The position numbers and the translations under genes were made by a program. The notes under the pieces were generated by a model, which did not search any database, was not told the origin of the DNA, and was given only the letters and a program-made list of their open reading frames with translations. This document shows, piece by piece, positions 39,101 to 47,000 of a stretch of DNA of 64,000 bases (its first letter is position 1; every line of letters begins with the position of its first letter). This DNA is from Chiloscyllium plagiosum (taxonomy: Eukaryota), in NCBI RefSeq assembly GCF_004010195.1, contig NC_057750.1:11755144-11819143 (forward strand), given 5' to 3'.

Positions 39101-39677
39101 TAAGGGCAAATTTAAATAGGTGGAGGACATTTTGTTTTTGTGCACGTTGAGACATTTATAGGTACTGCTGTGATCAGTATGGTTAGGAACTGTACACTTG
39201 TAATGCTTCACTTTGGAATAAATCCAAACTGAATAAAGATTGAATTCTAGTCTTCAAGCTTTATATGAGGAATGGGGATGGATTATTTGAAGGACTTGGT
39301 AGTACCCATGAAATATATTCTAGTGCACTTGTCAGTTTCTCCAGAGTAACCTGATGATAATAAATAGAAACCCTCGAATAAGCAGAAGGCAGTGGGACTG
39401 CACTGAACGTTGATAAAGATAGCCTAATATCTTGTTTGGACATAAACCTTAAACCAAAAAATCTGTGTTTGCCAACATTATGTTCCTTTGGACTTCAGTA
39501 ATGCACTTAAAGATTTTCTTTAAGACAGGAAGGTTAGTTTAGTTAAATTTATTTGCCAATTTGTGTACTAATGTGTGTGTCTTTTTTTTCTTTCCCTCCT
39601 GAATTTTCTGAAAATTCAAAATTTAAACAGATGGGCCTGACCTGTTCACACTGAAGCTGTGTTTCTCGACTGCCTAA
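3100..39677 (+). CDS. hnRNP L-like paralog (copy A), 5'-partial; join(3100-3196,5044-5116,15463-15522,23395-23717,25054-25178,25274-25475,26871-26928,38263-38358,39631-39677)
   Basis: Nine exons splice in frame to an open 359-aa C-terminal part: RRM2 end (FDSVQSAQKAKASLNGADIYSGCCTLKIEYAKPTRLNVFKND), Pro-rich linker, RRM3 (SPVLIVYGLD..VFNIFCLYGNVHKVKF), RRM4 (..SSSGLLE..TLKLCFSTA*). Exon phases match copy B. It is closer to HNRNPL than to HNRNPLL because of the Pro-rich linker and FDSVQSA/VFKND motifs. Confidence 0.92.
3881..3970 (+). mobile_element. Penelope-like terminal fragment
   Basis: Matches 35780-35870 (tgatgaagggcttttgcccgaaa...gatgctgcctgacctg). Confidence 0.7.
5044..5116 (+). CDS. 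copy A exon 6, 73 nt
   Basis: ttgcag|PTRLNVFKNDADTWDYVNPNPGRP|gtaaga. Confidence 0.93.
12505..14090 (-). mobile_element. Penelope-like retroelement, decayed RT region plus terminus
   Basis: Frameshifted minus-strand ORFs: TIKPVDKGSAVVVW, NFSF..FLQTNGVAMG, FLRYPDDCIG, IFYKPDSHTYLDYTSSHPASCKNAIPYSQF. Confidence 0.88.
15096..15195 (+). other. copy A poison cassette exon (6A-like), 100 nt, in-frame TAA at 15188-15190
   Basis: atgcag acceptor and GTG|gtaaga donor; aligns with copy B 55753-55819 (TATGTTTG..CCATCTTTCAAA..GTTGCTGTTGA.GCAT); frame from exon 6 reaches a stop. Confidence 0.85.
15463..15522 (+). CDS. copy A exon 7, 60 nt
   Basis: ttccag|EPSNKRSRLPALLGDAPSNF|gtgagt; same length as copy B exon 7. 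Confidence 0.88.
16258..16975 (-). mobile_element. two nested tRNA-derived SINEs (HE1-like)
   Basis: Inner copy about 16356-16672 inside an outer copy (16258-16355 and 16740-16975); reverse-complement A/B boxes. Confidence 0.8.
16990..17990 (+). mobile_element. old CR1-clade LINE RT fragment
   Basis: Remnants such as tcaaagtttgcaaatgacac (SKFADDT-like) and tggcaggtgaggtttgat (WQMxFN-like). Confidence 0.7.
17996..18170 (-). mobile_element. tRNA-derived SINE (HE1-like), 5' half
   Basis: Reverse complement of TGGCTCAGTGGTTAGCAC...CCCGGGTTCAATTCC. Confidence 0.8.
18281..18592 (+). mobile_element. tRNA-derived SINE (HE1-like)
   Basis: Diverged copy of 33575-33897. Confidence 0.75.
19160..20205 (+). 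mobile_element. old CR1-clade LINE fragment
   Basis: Degenerate RT and C-terminal similarity to neighbouring CR1 copies. Confidence 0.65.
20210..23185 (+). mobile_element. CR1-clade (HER1-like) LINE, most of ORF2 (endonuclease to 3' tail), frameshifted
   Basis: WDIIEITEMW, GYRCYRKDR..GVAIL, LNKYFALVFTVE, PEDWR-like/NVVPVFKK..PGNYR, WQMEFNLDKCEVLHFG, DLGVQVHSSLK. Confidence 0.92.
21485..21705 (-). mobile_element. inverted CR1 3'-end fragment nested in the host LINE
   Basis: Minus-strand RVWNMLPGEVMEAGTIIAFKRHLD interrupts gatcaggt|..ccctagaact, which is contiguous at 29361-29380. Confidence 0.85.
23395..23717 (+). CDS. copy A exon 8 (Pro-rich linker and RRM3 start), 323 nt
   Basis: aacag|GHGYPPSTYHGYYDDEDDDDYAPPHHYEGRGMGPPP...FCLYGNVHK|gtatgt. 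Confidence 0.92.
23935..24628 (+). mobile_element. 5'-truncated young CR1-clade LINE
   Basis: LVRPLLEY, LERVQKRFIRMLPGL, FFTQRVVHVWNELPEEVV; short-repeat tail ctatgactttctgactctatg. Confidence 0.92.
25054..25178 (+). CDS. copy A exon 9 (RRM3), 125 nt
   Basis: ctgtag|VKFLKSKTGAAMVEMTDGFSVDRALTCLNTENFLFDQHINV|gtaaga; one codon longer than copy B. Confidence 0.92.
25274..25475 (+). CDS. copy A exon 10, 202 nt
   Basis: ccacag|(C)VSKQKVIVPGQSFELEDGSCSFKDY...NMLHFFSAPPGVTEEIFHQ|gtttgt. Confidence 0.92.
26871..26928 (+). CDS. copy A exon 11, 58 nt
   Basis: ttccag|ISDKANVKRPKSIIFFSGK|gtaagt; same length and phase as copy B. Confidence 0.88.
28425..30305 (+). mobile_element. CR1-clade LINE ORF2 fragment
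   Basis: Colinear with 20510-22620; SKFADDAKIGG, WQMEFNSDKC. Confidence 0.9.
33040..33230. repeat. palindromic Penelope-terminus-type short repeat
   Basis: Imperfect inverted arms; related to 58002-58175 and 63040-63160. Confidence 0.65.
33575..33897 (+). mobile_element. tRNA-derived SINE (HE1-like)
   Basis: A box TGGCTCAGTGG, B box GGTTCAATTC, LINE-like 3' tail. Confidence 0.85.
35226..35870 (+). mobile_element. Penelope-like element 3' part with GIY-YIG endonuclease remnant
   Basis: FTCTSTHIIYCIRCTRCGLLYIGETGRLLAERFREHL; terminus shared with 12505-12600. Confidence 0.9.
35776..35811 (+). ncRNA. putative minimal type I hammerhead ribozyme motif in a Penelope terminus
   Basis: CTGAAGA-A-GGGC(ttat)GCCC-GAAA-CG-TC: core boxes, 4-bp stem II, palindromic minimal stem III. 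Confidence 0.65.
36836..36978. mobile_element. 143-bp MITE (Tc1/mariner superfamily, Tigger/pogo-like)
   Basis: TIRs CAGAGGAACCTCGATTAT / ATAATCGAGGTTCCTCTA (17/18 match) flanked by TA on both sides. Confidence 0.85.
37100..37990 (+). mobile_element. old Penelope-like fragment
   Basis: Degenerate similarity to the reverse complement of 12800-13200 and to 35230-35560. Confidence 0.55.
38263..38358 (+). CDS. copy A exon 12 (RRM4), 96 nt
   Basis: Branch-like TACTAAC 38233-38239, ttttag|SEKSSSGLLEYELKSDAFEALVMLNHYRLKNP|gtatgt. Confidence 0.92.
39631..39677 (+). CDS. copy A exon 13 (coding part), stop TAA 39675-39677
   Basis: aaacag|DGPDLFTLKLCFSTA*. Confidence 0.9.
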
Positions 39678-39969
39678 CATGATCCTGTGCACGGAACCAA
39701 CTCATCGAGGCTGATCGTTGCTTTTGATGTTTTATTTGCTTTTGCTTTCTTTAATGCTGTAATGTGCAGTGACCCATGGAAAAGAATTTGTTTTCCAGTG
39801 CAAGGGCAGTTTTTTTTTAGCTTTCCCAAGAATGAATGGTTAGTGAAATGTGAAATGTGGCTGTGCTAGTGGTTAGTATATACAAACATTTGTTTAGACT
39901 TGTTTAATTATTGGAAGATTCCTACACTGCAGAGAACTGTACACTATTGTGTTACAGCTAAAAAGTATT

Positions 39970-39975
39970 AATAAA
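39970..39975 (+). terminator. polyadenylation signal candidate for copy A (second AATAAA at 40024-40029)
   Basis: AATAAA about 290 nt after the stop, with T-rich sequence downstream. Confidence 0.6.
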
Positions 39976-40704
39976 AACACTTCTTTTAGTCTTTATGAAT
40001 GCTTGTTCAAGGTAATTTAAATGAATAAATGGATATAACTTTACAACAATCTACTTAGCGCATACACACACGCACACTTGGAAATGTAGCACAGTAGAAA
40101 TGTGCAAGAAGAAAGCCAGTGTGACATCCTGGATGCAACCCTTTTCATTAGAACTGAGGGTTGGAAAGTAAAGTGGAATTTTTATGATTGTTTTAATGCT
40201 TTTTTTTATGACTTGCCAATGGTCTATTGTCTATCCTCTTTACTGCCTTGAGAAAATGGTGGTAATGTGCTGAACTGCTGTAGTTGTATGGTTAGGTTCA
40301 GCCATGGTGCATTTTCCCTGTAGTGCAATCGTGAAGTGCATGGCCTTTGTTGACAATCTCCAATAGTTTAAAAATCATGACTGAGAATAGCATTTTATTC
40401 CAGATTTAATAAAAGATTGAATGTAAGTGTCCTCAACTGCCATGATGGGATTTAACTTGTCTCCAGAGCATTAGCCTGGACCTCTGGGTTACCAATCCAG
40501 TCCCAATTGGAAGTGCTTTAACTCAAAGCAATTTCAGCCCTCAGTTTAGCATGTACATTGGTGTGTGTCTCATGTATCACCAGGCACAGCCATTATTTCA
40601 TTTGGTGCTATCCTGAAATAGCTTGGAGGTGGCTAGCATTCAGAATTATGCTGAATGTTCCAGGAATTAACCTTTGCGGTACTACTAGGAAGAAGTGGGG
40701 TGGG

Positions 40705-40723
40705 GTGTGTGTGTGTGTGTGTG
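40705..40723. repeat. (GT)n microsatellite
   Basis: About 9 GT units. Confidence 0.9.
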
Positions 40724-42419
40724 AGACATCATAAGAGAACAAAATAAGGTGTCTTCAATTTAAAAGCAATGAGGATTTTTTATTTTGAGGGTCATGAGAC
40801 TTTGGAACTCTTCCTCAAAAGGTATTGGAAGCCTTGACGAGAGCTTGAATACTTTTAAGGCAGAGGTAGGCTCTCAGTCCCTTGCTCATCAAAAATCTAT
40901 CAGAGGTAAGTGGGAATGTGGAGTAATCAGGTCAGCTATAATCTTATTGAATGGCAGAACAGACTTGCAAAGCCAAATGCCGATTTCTGCACCCAGCTCA
41001 TATGTTTGTCAGTATATTTCACGTAGTTTGAACACCCTTGGTGTCTAAATTGTAAGAATATAGAAAATGGCAAAAAGGCAATTTGCTGACAACTCATCCA
41101 GTTAGATAACCAAGAATAATTGCTCTCCAAGGAAATGATGGATGCTGTGGGTTGGGAGGCAGCTTTGAGATGGCGTGTGCATCCACCAATTTAAAATTAA
41201 AACTGAAAGTGAAACCCTTCATTTGCCAAGTGCAAGAATATGCCAATGCATTCTCTACTTCAGCAAAACTACCTTCTTCTTTTGGACCAAAAAGACCCAG
41301 GACATCAAGACCTCCAAGGATACCAAAGTATCCAGTGAACAGATGAGATGCCCCTGAATTTTGTGTTGAGTTTTACTGGACATTGATATGTTTGTGTTAT
41401 AGAGTGGAAACAGGAGAATCTTTTTTTGAAAGTCACAAGTTTAGAGGATCAAAATTAAATTTGGAGAGAACAGGGCTGTTTGGTAAAGTTGTCAACAAAT
41501 CTGATGTAATTTGAAAGTAGCCCCATCATGAACAATGAATCCTGCACTGAATTGGAGAAAATAATTCTCAATAACTCTTAGGGAAAATTTGATGGTTGGA
41601 TAGGGTTAAACAGACAAGTGTTTCATCTTGTATTGTCAGGCAAGTCCTAGTGAATGGTTGAAACACAACTTAGGGAGAGGACCAGGTGCTTGTTGGGTGA
41701 GGAGTTGTGAAGTTGGAGATGGTGAGGGGTTACATTTACGTTTTTTAATGCAGAATTGAAAATAGGGTTAAGTTCTGGGGTGGTGGTATTGGTACTTTAT
41801 AAGGGGCTGAATTGAATTAGTAAGGATTATTTCTGGAATGTTGAAAACCAATCTGCTCTGCTAGTTTGACTTCTGGAAACCAATAACATGAAAACCACTT
41901 GCTTACTCCTTTGAAAAACTAGTCCCAACTGGGGCACGGATGCGTGTATAATTAGAATGTTTAAACGACATTTGGATAGATAAACAAATAGGGAAGATTT
42001 GCAGGAATATGAGCCAGGAGCAGGCAGGTGGGACTAGTTTAGTTTGAGATTATGTTTGGCATGGACTGGTTGGACCAAATGGTCTGTTTTCATGCTGTAT
42101 GACTGAATATAACTATAACCTACAAACTGATGACTGCTCTGTTTATTGTTGGTATACCTCAGTTAATTGTGAACATCACCAATGGCAAGTTGATAACTGT
42201 CCCAAGTGGTGAAGTTGCAGATTTGAAATATGCACAGAAAGTCTGGACAAGCTTGCTTTAGGACAGAATTGGTCACTTGGTCCACAAGTGGAATATTAGG
42301 TACAAATTGTGGCCATGCATATGAGACTTGTCCATTTATTGAATTTCTGCATTGAGAGATTCTTGACTGGAATCAGCACAAGCCTGGTACTTTCTCCCCA
42401 CCCCCACCAGCTACCTACA

Positions 42420-42905
42420 TATAAGAACTAGGAGTGGGAGTCGGCTGCCTGTTCCACCATTTAATAAGATCATGGCTGATCTTTTCGTGGACTCAGATCC
42501 ACATACCTGTGCTCTTGCCATATCCCTTAATTCCATTTTTTGTTCAGACAAAAAAAACTTATCTTGCTTTAAAACCGTTTACTGAAGTAGTATCATCAAC
42601 TTTCACTGAGCAAGGAATTCCATAAACGTACAACCCTCTGCGTAAAGAAGTTCTTTTTAGTTCAGTCCTAAATCTGCTCCCTCTAATCTTGAACCTATGC
42701 CCTCTTATCCTAGTGGAAACATTCTCTCTACTTCTATCTTATCCCCTTCATAATTTTATGTTTCCAAAAGATCCCCCTGCCCGCAATTCCAATGAATATA
42801 ATTCCAGCCGACTCTAGTCTCTCCTCACAAGCCAACCCCCTCAACTCCAGAATCAGCCTAGTGAACCTCCTCTACACCCCCTCCAATGCATCCTTTCTCA
42901 AGTAC
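42420..42905 (-). mobile_element. CR1-clade LINE 3' fragment
   Basis: Related to 795-1300. Confidence 0.7.
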
Positions 42906-43059
42906 TTTGAATCCAAAATTTTCATTCTGACTGTATACATTGCTCTTTCCCTCTTCCTTTAATAGTTCACCAGGGTTTTGCTCACACGCTTCATCAAATT
43001 ACATGGTTAATTGTCAGCCTAAAACTGGGATTATCATAAATTCCTCGCAAGGTGGAAGC

Positions 43060-44090
43060 AGGTCATTCGGCCAATCGAGTCGAATCCGTTTCTAGTGAAA
43101 GGGATGTTGAATATAATTTGAGATTCGCTAGCTGCAGGAAGCAAAGGTTCATGGTCTTTTATATAAGGTCCACATGGAGCACAGGATTGGGTTGTTCGCG
43201 ATAGAGGTTCCTTTGTCAATTGATGACGTGCGCCCGCCTATCAGAGTGCGGCGATATGTGATTGACATGCTTCGTCTCCATTCGGATGTTATGATGGGCT
43301 GGATCCCACCAACGATAACCAATCGGTGCGAGATCGTAGGGCGCGCTTTGTTGCTGGCTACCAATCAGGACCGGGATGAAGGGCGAGCTCTTGGTCCCGC
43401 TTCATCAATTGGATACCGGTGAAGAAGGGGGCGGGAAAGGGCCCGGCAGCGCGACTATTTATAGCGGCTGCCATGTTGTCTCTTTCTGACGGAATCTGAA
43501 GACGGCCGGCAGTGGTGTTAAGATGGCGACCAGGCAGCAGGTGTACGACGGGCGCGCAGCAAAACGCCAGCGAACCGAAAACGATGGCAACCGAGTAAGA
43601 GGAGCCGGAGGCCGGGTACCGACTCAGGGGAAAATAAATATGGGGTGGGGGGAGCGAGAGGGGACGTTATGAATGAAGTGCTGTTGAGGCGCCGCCATTT
43701 TGTGACGCGGAGCCGGCTGTGGCACTAGACATGAGGTGAAGAGAAGTATCTGCTTTGTGTCGGTGACTTCTGTCCACCCTCCCTCTTATCCACCGGCCTA
43801 TTTCCCTGGCTGCTCGTTGCCCACAGTGGGAGCCGCCTTCTCCCTGTTTCAGCGCACTTTATTCCTCTTGCGGCCGCTGTTGGAAATGGAAGTTAGGTTG
43901 GGTCGGGTATCTTGCAGACTTCCTTCCCTCCCACCTGGCCGCCATTAGTGGCGTGGTTTACCCACTGCATGACAGCGTTGGCCTTGGAGGGCGATAGCAC
44001 GTGTCGGGATTTAGTGGGTAGTGGGTTGAAGCTGCATCTATCTCGAGCCGCTCGCGAACAAATGGATGTTTCGGGCGATTTATGCCCACT
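43060..44090 (+). promoter_or_regulatory. CpG-island promoter of copy B
   Basis: Only CpG-dense stretch in the window. CCAAT/ATTGG at 43071, 43186, 43319, 43361, 43408; TGACGT 43224; GC box GGGGGCGGG 43427-43435; TATTTATA 43456-43463; pyrimidine CTCTTTCT 43480-43487; YY1-type AAGATGGCG over the ATG and CGCCATTTT 43693-43701. Confidence 0.88.
43523..43594 (+). CDS. HNRNPL: copy B exon 1 (coding part)
   Basis: AAGATGG Kozak context; MATRQQVYDGRAAKRQRTENDGNR resembles the hnRNP L N-terminal basic motif; donor GTAAGA, phase 0 fits exon 2. Confidence 0.8.
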
Positions 44091-47000
44091 GCAGTACTTT
44101 AAGTCATTAAGGCATTTGGTAGACAATTCTATATTAAAATTCACAATTAAACACATTGATCTTTGTGTTATTGATTTCCTGGACAATATTGCCTCGGCTA
44201 CCATGCTCTCATTTCAAATAGCTCAAAAACGCTTCATTAACTGCTTTTCCTGTAATAGCTGTTATTGTTTTATTTCCAGTACCTGCAGTTTGTCCATCTA
44301 TTCTAATTCTGTTTCCAGCACGCTTTGTTTGCTAAGGCGTTTCAACTGTTCATCCAAAGTGTGTCCACAATCCTCTGGGTGAAAATCCACTCTAAATCTT
44401 GTGGCAAAAACTACTTGTTATTGACCACCTCTGCTAAAGAGAAATTTTTCTTCATATATCTAAACTTCTCTACATTGTATATGTCTGAGAGACCCACTCC
44501 CCTCTACACCTCTGCTCCTAGGAAACCAACCCCATACTATTGATTTTACGTCATAGCTAATTTGCTCCAGTTTAGACATCATTCCAGTGAATATTTTCTG
44601 CACCCTCTCTGGTGCAATCACATCCTTCCCACAGGCCCTTTACATCCATTCAAGGTATTGGGCCTTGATTCATTTTCAAATCCTGGCCCTCACAATTTCG
44701 CTCTTGTTCAATAGGACACCAGAATGTCTGCCTTTGTCTGTGGTCAAACCCTGGAGTGGGGCTTGAACCCAGTGCCTTGTAAACAGGACCTTCTCTCGTA
44801 TAGAGCTGGATGATTTATTGCATCCCATGCAGGCATTGGGATGGGAGTGGCTGTCACTTGATACTGGAAGTTTTTAAAAATTGTTTGGGAAGGGAGTTAC
44901 TGGAGTAGCAAAGAAACAGGCTCCCTGGAGCCATCTAGACACTCTCATTCCCTTCCTCTGTTGTTACTTCTCTACAAATTTATTTTTGTCAAGGAGCCAC
45001 AATCTCCTTTGCTCCATGGAGGGCATTCCCATCTTTTGTAATTCAGCTCTATAATTAAAATGTCCCTATTTTTAGAGAACCATTTCACCAGATTTCTGCT
45101 CTCGTGCTCTTTCCTTCATCCATGAATGTAGTGCTTTGGCTGTGGTCTAACCGGGGCATTAACATAAGTCGAACGCATGTTTCGTATTGTATTCCTTTTT
45201 ACGAAGCCTCTGGCCCCAATTGCTTTGCTAACTACTTTCAACAGATCCTGCCACTTCAATGTTTTAGGCACATGAAGTCCCTCTACCCTAAGTACTCTTG
45301 GAACTATGTCACAAGTCACAGTTTCTGTTCACTTATCTTTAAGTTCCTCACTTTGTGCTTCTCTCGATTGTCTTTCATCTGCTATTTGTGCACCCAGTCT
45401 GACAGCTGTTGCACTGAATTGGTATCATCCACACTACACGAGTTTTATGCCATTGATAGATTTTAAAACTTTGTTCGGTGTTGCAGCATACACTGTTAAC
45501 CTTTGATTACCTTTGTGAGCAGGTGGTCCCATGGGCTGCAGTTATTGTTCACACCAGCTTGCAAAATGATGCAGGTTGTGTGAGAGAAACCTTTTGAGCA
45601 TAGCCCTTTTTTTTGTTGTTGTTGTTCCCCAGCCAAATTATTTATTTTGTTGATTGTATATTGGTCATGGTTGCAGCCTGTTGAAAATTGTAATTGCATT
45701 TGTATGGTTCAAAGTCTTATGACCTTGAAACTGGAACTACCAAATCCTTTCACTTTACTTTCAGTTCCTTAAATGTTAAACCGGTTGTGTGCCTTATTTG
45801 TATCTGTGTAACCAGAATTATCACTTGTATTATTTGCAACTTTTATGAGAAAAACAGATTTGCTATAATTGAGGAGGTGGTAGAATTTGAAGAGTTGACC
45901 TCCTTCTGTGCTTTATCTAATCACCCTATACTTCGTCTTATTTCCTTACTCTTAATTTTTTTTTCCCTTTCACATACAATTCCTCTTTTGGCTACATTTG
46001 AATCTGCTCTACTACTTTCAGGCAGATCTTAACCGCTCAGTAAAGTTCTTCCTGTGTTGCCTGTGGTCCCTCTGTGAATAGGTTTAACTTTTTTTTTCTT
46101 GGCTTTTGACCATTATGCTTATGGCAAGTTTGTCTGCTTTGTCCAAACACTTCTATTAAATCACTTCCAGGCCTTCTGTAAACCATCTCCTAATTGAAAT
46201 TCCCTATTTGTGAAAACATTCTTATCTTTTTCTGCACCCTCTCGAAGTTTGCTGCCTTCAGTCAATTAAACAATTAGTGTATAACATTCGAGACATGCAG
46301 TGAGATTGTAATTAAGAATTAGATTTGTTATGTGTACTCAAGTACAAGAGTACAGTGAAGTGTATAAAGTCTCCGTTCTTGGGCAACATCTTGCATCTCA
46401 GGTGATCTTTTTAAATTCTGGTTTTTACATTTTTAAAAAAAATGTTACTGCATTAGGGTTACCATTGCGGTTCTTCACCCTCATGAACTCCCAGTGACAA
46501 TGCATGAGACCGTTGCTGCCATCAACCACAAGACCCTTGGGTGGTCAGGACTGAAAACTATACACTATCTAAATGCCTGCTGTACTAAAGTTTTTTTTTT
46601 AATCCCTTGCAGCAGCAAGATGGCAGCTATCTTGAAGATCCTCACAAACCATCCCCATCCCCTGTGGTACATGTTAGAGGATTGTCTGATGGCGTTATGG
46701 AAGCAGATCTTGTAGAAGCACTACAGGAATTTGGTGCCATCAGGTATGCTGATCAAGTTGAGTCAAGATGCTGCTTTGACTTCAGAATTATTTTTAAAAC
46801 TTTGCAGATGAAGTCCTACTTGGGCTTCAAGGGTGCTGTGAATTATGAAATATGGGGACAGCCAAAGATACACAAATGTCTGACACTTGTACAAATTGAT
46901 CAATGGGCAGCTTTAGAAATTCGGAAACTTTTTGAATGACAGTTCTCTTGTTTGTTGCTTGTCATTGATTGGATTCTGACAATTCTTCTTATTGTTAAGT

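Noticed and set aside
40061..40077. CA-rich run after copy A as an hnRNP L site
   Set aside because: Short and downstream of both candidate poly(A) signals; cannot be distinguished from a simple microsatellite.
43736..44382. ORFs of 70-156 aa in intron 1 of copy B
   Set aside because: No recognisable protein motifs or splice context; expected in GC-rich island sequence.
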